Source: Spizellomyces punctatus DAOM BR117
Lineage: Eukaryota
Strand: one strand, 5' to 3'
NCBI GenBank assembly: GCA_000182565.2
Contig: KQ257450.1
Length of the DNA: 64,000 bases
Position numbers and translations under genes: made by a program. Each line of letters starts with the position of its first letter. Positions within the stretch are counted from its first letter, which is position 1. Shown here in pieces: positions 50,599 through 64,000 of this stretch. The notes below the pieces were generated by a model. That model made no database searches. It saw only the letters and a program-made list of their open reading frames with translations, and was not told the DNA's origin.

Positions 50599-52130
50599 TT
50601 AATGGGATGTCTTTTTGGGAAGGATTTTGGTCACCCATCGAATTAAATCCAGAGTAATCCCAACTGTGACGAAAATGCCTAGATTTTGTGTCAATCATTG
50701 AAGAGTGTCATATCAATGGCAAAAGCACGTACCTCCAATAATTCCACAAAGTCTCGTTAAGAAATGGAGAAAGCCCTGCCGAGACTCTGTAATCCGTACC
50801 AAAATCGGCTCAATCTCGTACTTTATAAATACACCTACTCAAATCATTCAACAACTCTCCCATATGCACTAGAAACCAAACAGGTTGCGCTGACCTGGTA
50901 ACCCTCCTTGCTTATTATCCACCGTCAAGGACCGCGTATAATCCGTCACGGCATATTGACTCGTCAACAGCGCCCGTTTCCCAAACGCTCGATTTCGGTC
51001 AATGTAGACGGTTGGGACCTGCCGAAAACACGTTAGCGTATATGTATCACCAAATAAACAATATCGTACGTACAATGGCAATAAAATATTGAAACATGTC
51101 CATTTCTATAATACGTTAGTTGAGTTACTAATGTGGAATGCATCCGTGTACGTACTCGTTGACGCCATTTCGAGGGTCCGGTCCAAAGGATTTCGTAAAC
51201 CGGGGTAATTGGGTCCAAACGACAAGCGATCAATGCGGTGTGTGAAGTTCATGGCTATCAGAAAAAGATGCTCGTTACGATGTGACATGACGTATTGTAC
51301 GTTTATTTGCGTTTAGGTGCGTCTGGAGGTACCTTCATGTGGTGTATGTCCGCCAAAATACCCGTGTCCCAATGCAGTGAAATGTAGCATTCCCGAGACT
51401 TTATTGACGTTAATGGATCCTGTTATACGGCAGGCTTCTGTTTCCTCTCCTACTGCGAATGTGAGTATACATTTGGATATTTGTCATCTCTGAGATTCAC
51501 CACCTCGCGTTGTGGATCCCCCATCATTCTCCCGATTCCGCATCGCTTGCCCGACGAGTTTGTGAATATCCATTTTGGGCTTATCGGACGTGTACCTTGT
51601 GTTGGTGGTTTGTCGGTTAGAGATTTCGTCAAGACGATTTGTGACTTTCCTCTATTCTCTTACCCTAACCGCCTCGTCCCCCGCGTTGCGAAAACTACCT
51701 GTGTAATAGATATAAGTACCAATATAAAATACTATACCAATACAACTAACCAACCTTTTCAACATTTAATGACTTTGAGACGGGTAACGACACCCCGGCC
51801 ACATCCAACACATCTGCCCTCAAATCTAGAGGCCATTCCAATGACGTTAGCACCAGCCAAAGCTACACCAACCCATACTAGACATAACTCACAAGAACAC
51901 GGCATTGCAATCGTTAAATCCATATTGATCTGCAAAGCATGCTCAGCACTTCTCGTCTCATCCACCACAAACTCATAATCTTGTCGAATGTCTCTGTACG
52001 CTTTGAATTCGCTAACGGCGAGATAGGCGAGTAAACCAGCTACGAGGAGAGTGACGAGACCGCCGGTATGCGTCGCATGTTGGATATTGCGTTGGACTTT
52101 TGGAAATGCGTCAAGGTTCGAGAGGCGCAT
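50599..52130 (-). CDS. ER-Golgi intermediate compartment protein ERGIC2/Erv41-like, multi-exon
   Basis: LDAFPKV..GGLVTL, LQINMDLTIAMPC, ACRITGSINVNKVSGMLHFTALGHGY, NFTHRIDRLSFG, NPLD, VPTVY, QYAVT, FLTRLCGIIG|GIFV. Confidence 0.92.
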
Positions 52131-52304
52131 GGCAGCATGACGATGGAAAGCAAAGAAATCATCAGTTGGGCAACTCCTCCAGACCAAGAGTCACGTGAGC
52201 AAGACAGGTTGTAGCTTTAATTTAATTAATGAGTTGCTGAGTCATACAGCAGGAAGTGGTCGCTTTGGGGCTTTTTGAACCATTGGAGATCTTGTTTAAT
52301 TTTC

Positions 52305-53724
52305 ATGAGCACGACGGCATCGCTTGACAATGTGCCGTTGACCGCCAGAGATGGAGCAGCACCAGCTCTTTCCGTCGAGTCAGCAACGTCTCCACTCCGC
52401 ACATCCCCTCAAGTCTTTTTCGTAAAGCAACTCACGGTCCAATTCTTTTTCTCTCGGAATACACTGCTCTCCATCTCGCTGGATGCCGTATCGGTAGCCA
52501 CCCAACCAGAAGAATGGAATGTATCCTCCAAACAGGCAGTATTGGACGAGGAGGATTTACCTCCCGGAACGGAGTTCGAGGCCCTAGACACTGTGGACGA
52601 GATTATTTATTTTGATATCGGGAAACTGCTAGGTAAGGTTGAACACTTTTGGTGTATGAGCGGGATGGCTAAACAGAGCTCACAAAAAAACCCCAATAGA
52701 AGACCAAGTGGAGGATGCCTCGCTTATTTTTCAGTTCAATACTCGAACCGGGGTGCATGTCTTTCAGGCGTTATCTGAAGAGCAAAAGGCCGAGATTGCC
52801 GCGTGTGTGAGGAAGGCAACGTCAGAAAAACATGCAATGCCGCTGGAAGTTGAAGGTATGTAATGGGTGTGCTAAGAAAGTGGTTTCTAGCCACATCATT
52901 TACGCTTTCTTCACTCGATAGCAAATGACCAGGACGAGGAGACTGTCAGCAGGTCAGTGCCGTACCTCACTGACTTGAATCTCCCTCCCCACCAACCCAT
53001 ACACATCTCCACTAGTATTGAACACTCTCTCGAACATTATACAACACTATGCGATACCTACGAAGTCCAACTCCAGTCAATCAAGGTCCGTTCTCAATTG
53101 ACCATGCATTATGTCCATGCCCACGTCCGGAATCTGGCTCATTGAAAACTTAGACTGAACTCGAAGAAAAACCGAACTCTTGAAGTCTCTCGAGTCTAAA
53201 TGGACTGAAGTCCACGAAACAAATACCGTATGTATATTCAACACTATTGTAGTGATTTTTCACACTAATATATCGCAATAGACACTTGTCGAAATGCTCG
53301 AAGAAATGCAACACCGAAACGAAATGCTGGCGGCGCGATTAGAGGATGCAAATAGATCAAGTCAAGATGCTGCCGATAAAATTGCAACAATGCAGAGACG
53401 AATGGATGAAAAGCGGAGATTGTTGAAGGAAAAGGGCGAGCTGGTAAGATGTTGGAATTATAATAAGATTGACTTTTTCTCATTTCGTTATGCACAGTTA
53501 CAGAGAATTGGAGAGCGAATCACTAAACCCGATGATGGGATACGGCTGCAATGGCGACATGTAGCCGCAGGAGGTGACAATTTCTTGAACATTTCCACAA
53601 GAAAAACAAAATCCATTGACCTAACCGTCTGGACCAACACACAGCTGGCGCCCTCCTTTTCACAGCATTCGTCGCCCATTATATATGGCTCGTACTCGTC
53701 TTCACGCGTACAATGCGAGGTTGA
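52305..53724 (+). CDS. Hypothetical coiled-coil protein with a C-terminal transmembrane anchor, multi-exon
   Basis: Coiled-coil exons (LEEMQHRNEMLAARLEDANR..); final spliced exon AGALLFTAFVAHYIWLVLVFTRTMRG*; internal exon structure partly uncertain. Confidence 0.55.
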
Positions 53725-53843
53725 TACCAGATTGTATATCTATTAGATATCTTGTACATGTAACAGATTCGAACCATGCGTATATACATAATGTTTGAAG
53801 AATATGAACAGTTGGTTGGGATAAATAAAACTAATAGAATTGC

Positions 53844-56800
53844 TCAAGAGGCTTGCGTCCTGGATTGCCCGATGCTCCGCATTCGCATCTCTGCAAGCTG
53901 TTGTGCAAATGACTTTGCGCTTCGCACCAGCTAGAAAGCATAACATTTCAATCTTGGATGAACGCAAAGCTTCACATGCGATTGCAAAGGTAAAAGTACC
54001 TCTTCTTCCAGAGCCTTAACTCGGGCTTCTGCTCGCTCGGCTCGTGCCGACATTATGCTCAACTCGTGTCGATTCGCCTTGATTGATATATGAGCTTCCG
54101 ATAAAATGAGAGACCGTTATGAGTGAAGAATACCTTTCTCGATTCATCTTCTTGTTCGGGGTTCCTGCATAAATGCCAACAGTACCATTAGATACTGGAA
54201 GTCAACAGAATGCACCGTACTGTAACGTACCGTGTCTCTTCATTTTCAGCTCCCGGTTGAGAAGTTTCTGTATCTCGCTTCCCGCTTTGCTGCTACATAG
54301 CTCTTTCAACACTTTAAATCTAAACAATCTACAAAATATCGAAACGTCTACCTTTTCCAATTTCAGTATCCGCTCTGATAGCGCGACATTTTCCTCTGCC
54401 AGTAGTTTACAAACTCCACTCTCAAATGTTTCGGGATCACGACATGCAGACTGGACAAATGCCGATAAACGGGTCTGCCCGCCTTGCACATCAGCTTGCA
54501 ACGCCTCTTTTAGCAACTCTTCCAGCTTTTTGATGACTACTTCCTGTTTTTGCATGGCGAGTTTGAACTTTGATGCTTTTTCGAGCTTGTCCTATTGAAT
54601 GAATCAGTCACACTTGTTTCCTTTTATAGCCGTACAAAGGTGCAGTCCTTACTTGTAGCTTTTGGAGATAGGCTTGTTGAGCTGTGTGTGCCTCCCGAAT
54701 CTCCAAAAAACGTTTCTCAAGTTCGTTTCTCTTTAAAGAAGGGTAAGTACAATTTAATGTCCACCGTTACCGACTCAGCAAGATCATATGAACCTCAATA
54801 GTGGATCGATGAGCTTCTTCCAATTCATTTTGAAGTCTTTGATTGGCATGGACTTCTTTCTGAAGCTTGTGCACAAGGAGGGGTGAGTGGCGCAAAAGAA
54901 AAAGTCAAGGATGTCGAATGAATTGCGTATATCCCAAAAACACTAGCATAACACCACGAAGGATATAATATCGCCGGCGGAGTTCGTCAGATGACAGTAC
55001 GTCTAGGTCGGATGTGTTCAAGAGTCGTGCAGTTCGCATGTCTGCATCGTCTAGCTTGTTTTCCAGTGTTCTTATTTTTGCCTGGTTGGATTTAACTTAC
55101 AACCTGTTTTCGTCCAAAAGGAGTAGAGTGGGTAAACAAACCTCCAATCTCGCATTAATCTCCCTGACACGCAAAAGATCCTGCCCAACTTTCTTAACCG
55201 CTTCTGTCCTCGCATCCATTTCCTTGGTCAGCCGATCAATAAGCTGCTGGCGTTGTTCGATGTCCCGATACGTAAATGTAAGCTGCTTCACGTCCAGCTT
55301 CTGATCCCTGCCAAGGCAAAATAGTGTTACATTTTTTCGTTTGAATGAATTCAATGATTTAAGTCAAAGTCTAACGTTTCAAAGGACGCAGGTTTGACTT
55401 GTTCCGCCCCTCCGCGGTGAGCTCTGACCGTTTTCAGCAAACTGTCAAATCCCATAAAGTGCAAGGGACCAGTTCCAAATTGTTTGCTTTTGGAAGACGG
55501 CACCGGTTTCTATAAGAGTTCATCAGCACCCAGCAAGATTGAAAACAATTGTGAAGAGGAATCTCACCCAATCTTCTGGACAGTCTATTTCCAAGCTGAT
55601 CTCTGCGTTGCGTGTCACAGGATGTTTGGAATACGGCGAAAAATATCGCACTTTGACAGCATCCAGAACAATAGGTTGACCTCCTTTGACCAAGTTGGAC
55701 TGAAATAGTTCATCCAACGGAATGATAGAGTAGCCAAAGCAATGGTCGTTGCTCTGAGTGTATGGTCGTTGCTCCTCCAGTATCTCAAAAGCTTCTTGAG
55801 GTGGTGGTGCTTCACGATAGAATTCAATGCAGAGACACGTTCGGTCGGTGATATCTTCCTTATGGATGCGGGAATTGATTACATGCTCTCATTTTTTTTG
55901 GCAAAATGTCAATGATAGTGGCCATACATGATCCAATACGAAAGTAAATGGCTGTCTCCAGACTGGGTTCATGCTTGACTCGCAAGAGGGCGTTATCTGA
56001 TAGTACTGATCACGCGTGCTTCGACTGCGATATTGGTTTTGATATACCAAGTGAGGAATGGACATGTCCTCCATGGGATTACCAGAGAGTAGCTGTCCAT
56101 GAGAGTCAAACTCTAATTGGAGATGGGGCTGTAGTTGTTGCTGCAGGATGTCTTCCTGAAAAGCTGCATCAGCAAGTCTGTCTGTACATTCAAAATTTAA
56201 CACGAACTGCTGTCGACTTACCCGCTCAAGCAAGTACTTCGGATCATCGATTTTCAGCACAGCATATACCCGCATGGGTGACGGTAAAGTTTCACTGACA
56301 AACTCTCTCAGCACACCGCCAACAACAACTACTGGCTTGTCATACTCTCGCCGTAGATCAATGGTGCGCGTAAAGCCAGGATTCAGATTTGTCAAGCTCA
56401 CTAATAGGTGGGGCGACGGATCATTGTCTTCCATGTTGGACTTTAAGAGGAGAGTCACCTGTCGATGAGATGGCAGCCATACCCGGGAGATGGGCAGAAT
56501 GTAGCGGGCAAAAATGCGCCTGGTTCCTCCGTCTGCTACCGTGAGCTGAAGTTCAAAGCCATGGGACACGTCGTACGGCTCTGAAAGCTCCATAATGAGA
56601 TGTACTCCAAAGGACGGCTCACTGTGCGAATACAACTGTGCTTAACTCAAGCTTCTCTCCACATGTCATTGCAACCTCTCAACTCACCGACAAGGGGGAG
56701 CAAGAGGTGTAGCGGCCTTCTGCTTTGGTCCACTCTTTCTCGTCTTGGCAATAACGAATGCTCTTGGTAACATCCGCTTCCCAGTTCCTGGATCCAGTAC

Positions 56801-57532
56801 GAATGGAATATTCCACACCTTGTGTACAATAATGACCAGCCGTTGTCCCCCTGGGTTCGGCGGATGGTCTTTATGTGATGACGAACGAGAAGTTGGATGC
56901 TCAGCCTTCTTTTTTACAACTTTGGCTGGGAGTGGTGGCATCTGCTCATCTGCAATACGTTCCCACTCCTGGGAGACTTTATGCGACCCATTGGAAGGAT
57001 TACGTTGTCTTGGCTCCTTTGCACTTTCATCACCTCTGGCCTCCTTTGACGGTTCCGCACTATCTACAGGTTTGCCAGGTTCTACAAGCAGCTGGATTCG
57101 CGCCCTTCCAATAGGCTCATCATCATCTGTACGAGCCATAAATCCATATGACGATACATGCCGCTCGCCGCCCAAAAGCCGTTCGAGGACGGTTTGGGCT
57201 GGTATGATAATATCCCCAACCACTTCCACAGTCCCTTTCTCTCGACGGATTCTGCATGCTGTGCATACCAATTCAAATGAATCTTCCTGTCCACCAGATT
57301 TGAGCCAGCGGAAACTCTGCTTGCGTTTATCGACAGCTGATGCCGGTAGCTCAAAATGGAAGGTGGTTTCTTTAAAATCAGGACTGGAGGATGTGGGCGA
57401 CACGTCTGTGCGGTGTGTTGTCTCACCAAATCCCTTTGGACCCCGCAAGGATATCCAGATAAAATAGTTTGCTGGACTGTAAAACGAGACTTTGGATATT
57501 GTAACGACCAGATGCGTAGATTCCTTTCGCAT
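53844..57532 (-). CDS. CCDC33-like protein (C2-like domains plus C-terminal coiled coil), multi-exon
   Basis: C2-like segments (HRTDVS..PDFKETTFHF; NPVWRQPFTF); coiled coil EAVKKVGQDLLRVREINARLE, QKQEVVIKKLEELL, ALEEE|LVRSAKSFAQQL. Confidence 0.6.
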
Positions 57533-58073
57533 TTTTGCCAATTCCTGAGGGCGGAAGTTGAACGGCTTACTCGATCATTACGCCTGGAAATCCGCATGAA
57601 TTCACGTGTCAGGCCCTCAACGAGAACAACGAAGCCGTTCGCGTTTTTTGGTGACTTTCTTACTGCCCGATGGTCGTTTTTCTTTGACGACGATTTCGTT
57701 TTTCTTTGTTGAAAACTGCCTTCTCATTCCCTGCTGGTTATAAGCCCTGACGGAGGTACCCGGCTGAGCGACTCATTGTCGAATTCCAGTCATCGCGTCA
57801 ACCCGGACAAGAGAGAGTGTGAAACCCCGGACGTCATCCTTCCAAATTGAGTTGCCATCTCACGACTTGTAACTCTTACAGTACGTTGGGAGTGTACACT
57901 TGAACGCAACATTCAGGAACTTTTTTGTAATCCTCTGTAACGCGCATGTCCTTTTGGAAAAAGGAAACGAGCTGTCATCATACCCTTCGTGTTCCGTATA
58001 TCCTCGCCACTGTTGGTGGCGGACTACAACCTCACACCCCCATACCCCGACCATCCGCTCGTTTCCTTGAAAT

Positions 58074-60234
58074 ATGTCGTCGTATATTGATCCCGAGGAA
58101 CTATATACCAAGCAAGGTAGAACACTGTGTGCTTGTGCTTGTAGCTGAGCGCAGAGATGCCTAGAGTCATTTTTTTCTTTCTGGATACAACAGATCGCAT
58201 TGGGAAGGGTTCTTTTGGCGAAGTGAGTATCAGGGTATATTGGACGGGTGCAATGCAGCTCTCCGTCTTGTTGGGGCGGGGAAATTTTGCAAAAGGGCAA
58301 TTGTTTTCAGAGAGATTTGCAACGTTTCCTGATATCATGAACCATTCTTTTTCATATCCTAGGTGTACAAGGGCATTGACAAACGAACCGGAGAACCCGT
58401 TGCGATAAAGATTATCGATCTAGAAGGTGGTGCAGCCCTCCTCGCTTCGATCCGAACGATCTCAGCACTGAATGTCTAAATTCTGCTAGATGCCGAGGAT
58501 GAGATAGAGGATATCCAACAGGAGATCAGTATTCTGTCCCAGTTAGATTCCTCTCATATCACGAAATACCATGGATCGTTTACAAAAGGATCAAGTCTGT
58601 GGATCGTAATGGAGTATTGTCAGGGAGGATCTTGTTTGGATTTGGTAGGTGTACTGGGATCCGGGAAACGTGGACTTTGGGCAGTTGCTAGAGGGCCATG
58701 TCAGGTCCATTACAGATCCATTCATAGCAACCGCTCACAAAGCTCCCATAAGTAGATGCGAGCAGGAACTTTCGAAGAGGTCTTCATTGCGATTATTTTG
58801 CGAGAATTGTTGAAGGGTTTGGAATATTTGCATGGGGAGGGCAAACTGCATCGCGACATCAAGGCTGCGAATATACTGCTTGCGGCAGATGGAAGTGTGA
58901 AGCTTGCCGACTTTGGGGTATCTGGTCAACTGACCGCTACGATGACCAAGAAGAATACCTTTGTCGGTACCCCGTTTTGGATGGCACCAGGTGCGGCTCG
59001 AAATGAGTTCTTTTAATTTGAGGCTTGCTATCTAAAACTTCTTTTTCCAGAGGTATGCAGAGGCGGCTTTTAGCAATAGTATTACTAGGAACACGTCTCA
59101 TATGTGGGTCTGTCTTGACCGCAGGTGATAAAACAATCGGGTTATAACGATAAGGCGGATATTTGGAGTCTGGGGATCACAGCCATTGAACTCGCAAAAG
59201 GAGAACCACCATACGCAGATCTGCACCCGATGCGGGTACTGTTCCTCATCCCCAAAAATGATCCACCCCAATTGGAGGGTAATTACTCGAAGGCGTTCAA
59301 AGAGTTCGTTGCATTGTGTCTCCACAAGGAGATAGATCAGGTTGGCTGTTTTAAATTACCAAAGATGCTCGCATTGCTGTCTTCTGACACTCCACCTATC
59401 GCCAGCGACCACCGGCAAAGGAGCTGCTTAAGCATCGATTCATTAAGGCAGCTAAAAAGACATCATTCCTCACCGAGCTAATCGAGCGCCACGAACAATG
59501 GTTGGCAGAGGGAGGAAATGACAAGGACGGCTCATCCGATGAAGAGGACGAAGACTCTAGGTTGGTGGACGAGGTCTCATGATTCTTTGCCTCGCCGACA
59601 TCATTTTTTTTAACCTGTTGCGCGTTGCACACAGTTTGGATGAGGACGATTCCGAGGGAGGATGGAATTTTGGTACTGTTAGAGGAGGAGGAGGGACGGT
59701 CGGCAAGGCTGCAACTAGACTACAGGCGGCCAATCTGCTACCGCCACTCAACCGTCCGGTGGTGGCGGGAGGGGGACCACAAGTGCAAGTGACACATGTA
59801 GAAGGGGAGGGCTCTTCCTCCCAATTACCAGGGGGCACTGTGCGATCAAAAATTTCGCCCGCAGCCTCTTCCAAAGATCCAGTAAGCAAATATCACAGGT
59901 AGCGTTGATATAGGCCAGTAACTAATGCAGCTACTGCATAGAATCGATCAAGAGACTCGAGTTTCGGCAATGGAACTGTGCGCGGAGCATCTCCAAGTGT
60001 GGATTTCGTAGAGAAGGTTGTGACTCCTGCCATTGCAAAAGTAGCAAAAGGCTCCCAGGGATCTTCTCTCACCTCATTGAAAAAAGCCTTTGAACTTGCG
60101 GAACAGGTATGTTGACAACTGTACGCATAGACAACATGAGTCGGTCTAATGCATACTTTGACACCTTTCAGGAACACCCAGGGATAGTGCAGCAATTGTT
60201 GGTGGAAATGATGGACAAATTGGAAATACGATAA
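58074..60234 (+). CDS. STE20/GCK-III Ser/Thr kinase (STK24/STK25/MST4-like) with C-terminal CCM3-type dimerisation helix; includes a 2-nt micro-exon
   Basis: [81 protein letters not shown]. Confidence 0.93.
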
Positions 60235-60390
60235 GTGGGGATTCATTTTGGGAAAAGACAAAAGAAAGATGCTTTAGGGACCTATGGGGGCTCTCCATTT
60301 TTCAATTTGCTGTTTATTTTGTAATTTACCCTCATGATATATAGTCAGTCTCAGTGGGTTTGGTTTCTACCCATTTTTCGCCTAAATGGG

Positions 60391-61682
60391 TCACTCGTTT
60401 TCCCAGTCTGCTATTGGAGAGATGAGATACTCAACAAACTCAATGTCCTTCTCATTGACGTTTATCATGAACTTTTTCCACGTAGCGACAAGAATTAGCA
60501 TGCAGCGCGTGGGCATTCTCCAAGATAGCATTCTGTACTTACTTGCATGCTCAAAAATCCCGCTTCATTAACACGAATCGACGTTTTTGAAGAAAGGCTC
60601 AAGGCTTTCAGACATGACTGTAGTAGAGTATGCTGATAGTGGTTTTCGATAGGATGGAGACAATGAAAAGACTCTATCACATCTGTGTCTTTCGGATAAT
60701 CCATTTGAGCATCACCTGCTAAACTGGAAGCAGAGAGACGGAAGTAGGGTGCATCTGGAGAAATGTGGAGCGTGATCGTGTCTGATGTGCCGTCCAGTTC
60801 TGAAAAGGCGTCTCTGAGCCAATCTGACTGGAAATCATTTAATGAAGCTACGAGCATATTTTTGCATCAAGAAGAACGTGATCGAGCCCAACCTACCTTC
60901 ATAATCAGTTTGCTGACCATGCGCTGCTCTGCGAATGTTGAAAAAAGATCCGTGAGCGCTTCAGGATTGTATGTCGTCAAACGACATTCTGTTACTACGC
61001 CGCGTTCTTCCAACCTTCGTAAGAGAAGAGTGAGATGATGCAAAAGCGCTCCCACAATTAATGATGGGATTTCTTACATGAGGGAAAGATGATCGCCATC
61101 CAACGGGCATATTACTCGCACCGCAACTCGATCCCTATCCTTCCCCAACCCGCCGGTTTGGGTATCTTGAATTTGACTCGCGCCAAAAAAGCCTCCGTGA
61201 CCCCGCTGCCCGCCGTCATTCCCACCCGTCGATAAAGAATATGGAATAGCACTGGTACCGCCAAAAATCGTTAAGCAGTCCAGTAGGGTAGGGAGCTCGA
61301 TGCAAAAGCATATTTCACTATCAATGTCACCACTGTCATCACCGTTTGGCGACCCGAGGCGGCTGCGTGGGAAGAGAAATTCGCGGAAATGCGACTCTCT
61401 GATCTGCGTCCGCGCTTGGGAGGCCTTTGACTCTTCGACAATGAATTGAATGCCTTGTCTATTTATAACGCAGTTGGCTTTCTACATGTTATGAAAATAT
61501 GTAATGTCCAATGTGAGGGGACTCCTCTTGAAAGGGGCCGGCATATGATCAACGAAACGTACTTCCTTGAAGGAGATGGCCTTGAGGATCGTGACTAGAG
61601 ACCGAACGTTGTCAAGCTTGCCCTTAAAGTGGCTCGATGCATTTGCTGTGCTTCGTCCGGATAAAAAAGCATCTTGAGCCAT
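60391..61682 (-). CDS. RAD1: 9-1-1 checkpoint clamp subunit Rad1/Rec1, multi-exon
   Basis: LDNVRSLVTILKAISFK, GIQFIVEESK, LLDCLTIFG, EERGVVTECRLTTY, SDWLRDAFSELD, KALSLSSKTSIRVNEAGFLSMQ. Confidence 0.92.
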
Positions 61683-64000
61683 GCGACGGTCCGGGGAGGG
61701 ACAGCGGCACAATCAGTCAGATCACCAAATGTGCGATTTTGTACGAATTGAGGGCACAGCAGTGTAGGAGCGACAATAATAATGCTATTGAAGGGGGGTC
61801 AATGAATTTCCAACTCTTCGACGGTTGGCCAGCAAAATGTCTAGTCGTGAATTCGAGACTTGCTCTGTCCTGATTTCTGCAGATTCCACGCGTTAAACCA
61901 TCCAACTGCAACCAGCGAAATGTCGACTAGTGAATACGATGTATCATCTACCATGTTTATCGAAAACAACTCTCAGCAAAAGGTTTGAAAGGAATAACAC
62001 TCATATACCATCAATCTCTTCTTGTTCGGTTGATGGCCATACTGGATGTGATTAGGGTACGACCTTACGACAAACCCAATTGAACAACAGCGAAATGGAA
62101 AATGGTCCTTACTTCACGTATTTGAGAAGAAGAACATATCAAATGCTATGGAACAATGTCAGCAGATCGACTACAAATCAAACTCTATTCTGAATTGAAA
62201 TGGTCCGGGGGGTTTTTTTCCTCATCTAAATGGACAATAGAAAGGAGTGGAAGGCAACTGCTGACATCACTGGCAATGGTATCGTCGCCTGCATCGGAGA
62301 TTGATCTCGTTTTCAATTTTGCTGTGACGTACCATGGGCAGCAAGAAGGAAACCTTACAAAAGGTAATAGCGACGAGTATCCTGAGAATTGTTGCACGTT
62401 ATTGGGGCAAGGTTTGGTCTTCAGATGGAGGAAAATGATTCTGAACCGCAAAGCGCAAGTACGAAATCGATCATCTTGTGCCAGCAGTTATTCGCGATAT
62501 CAGATCCCTCTTCATCATCTATTGCACACATTTGAAATTCGTGTCGTTGCGAGAAAGCATCCGGCGGCCAACGTGGGATTACGACACACGCAATAGCATT
62601 TTCGATAGCTCCCGAACAGACGACTTTGGCAAAAACGTCCCTCAGGTGGCGTGGCGTGGCATCGATGTGGCGCGGTTCACTTAACACTGTGCCACATGCG
62701 CGTTTCTCCGGTCGCCGCGAGATCAGGTTGCACCTCTGGGCATCTAATGGTTAAGAAAGAGCAGTAAGTGTCATATAGCGCGCTGGTAAAGTGTGCCCCT
62801 CCGCGGCAAATGAATCGCCGTCTTTTAGCTGTTGGTCGCATGTTTCCATCCTAAAGATAAAATATTAAATAGCAGTGGATGTATCGCCGGTCACCATTGT
62901 AGTGTGCTCGATCTTAGATTGCAACTGCATACGACTGGTTGTTTATCTTGGCATTGCGTCAACGCCCCAACTCTACATGGAAATAACTCATACGTGCTGA
63001 ACTTCCGGTTGTTCATATTCCAATCAACGGCCACAACTAAAAAGGGGCCAGCTTTCCCCCTCTTAGCTACTCGGTACCTACGAAATGTACTTGTTCTCCG
63101 CAGCACACTTCTCGCCCTATCAATGACAAGATATCTCTACTTTGCTGTTTGTCCCGTCCCTGATGCTTTCTCCCAACCTTCGCATTGATCTTTCTACGAA
63201 GCGTCGTCATGGGTCTTAGCATTTCAGTCGAATGTCGGACGGTAAAGGACATAATAAGTGGTTAAGCAACGACTCAAGTCGTTTTCAGAATGTGGATATG
63301 GCAGAGGTTTTTAGAACGACCCGTGGCTGCAATCGACACTACCTCCTGTAGACTGCTGTTCTCACCACAGCGATGGCACTGAGGCACGTGCTCTGGATTC
63401 CCTTACTGACACTGTTTACGAATTTGAAGCATATTCAGGTATCGAACTTTTCCACACAAATATGCGCTATAGCCAAAATAGTAGGAATGCCAAAATCCAC
63501 CACCTGTTGAGAGATCAGATGAGATTTCTTATTCGCGACATTCTCCTTTAGCACACCGCCATCTTCTTTATTACGAAACATCATCCAGGTGAGGCAGTAT
63601 CGTGCAAATGTACTCGGCGGCCACCATTCACCTGCTAGTCGAGTTCGCATATCAATTTAAAATCAGCGAATGGGAGAATATTTGCAAAAACTTGCTCCAG
63701 CTGAAGAAAAATGTGAACCGGTACACATTTGAAAGAAGGCAGTAGCAATTCCATTAAATACTATGGTATAATGGAAGGAGTGGTGTTATTGTTCCCGCCA
63801 ATGTCGATCTGCTACCAGATCAGATCCCACTTACCTTCTATCTGGAGACCGCTTGCTGGCTTCTCTTTGGGATAGTGTAGGACACAATGACAGGTATGAC
63901 AGCAATGTAGCGGTTCTAAAGGACTAGGTGACCTAGCTAAAGACATGTAGTGGACTGTCGTCGCTCGTTGTAGTTGATCGATTACGTAATGATCGTAGGC

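Overview
Eukaryotic, gene-dense, intron-rich window with about 30 spliced protein-coding genes, mostly short GT-AG introns of 50-100 nt, and two N-gaps. The mix of fungal genes (Tea4/Bud14-like, SIN Cdc14, HPT1/XPT1, ArgJ) with flagellum- or animal-associated families (SPATA4/SPEF1, LKAAEAR1-like, CCDC33-like, C2CD5, GCK-III kinase, INTS5-like) suggests a zoosporic fungus such as a chytrid. That is an inference. Gene models were spliced by hand and family calls rest on remembered motifs, not searches. No rRNA, tRNA, CRISPR array or intact transposon was recognised. Most striking observations: (1) a roughly 0.7-1.1 kb oscillation of C-rich and G-rich blocks at about 33.6-34.8 kb and 41.7-50.0 kb that ignores gene strand and exon boundaries and reshapes protein composition; (2) a 2-nt micro-exon required to build the kinase APE motif; (3) an Integrator subunit 5-like gene whose stop codon lies 3 nt from the stop of a convergent ERV41 gene; (4) an unusually long, self-complementary intron in the HELLS/DDM1-like gene; (5) a GW/WG-rich segment in the XPG spacer. 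The 786-bp duplication in RAD2 is most likely an assembly artifact.
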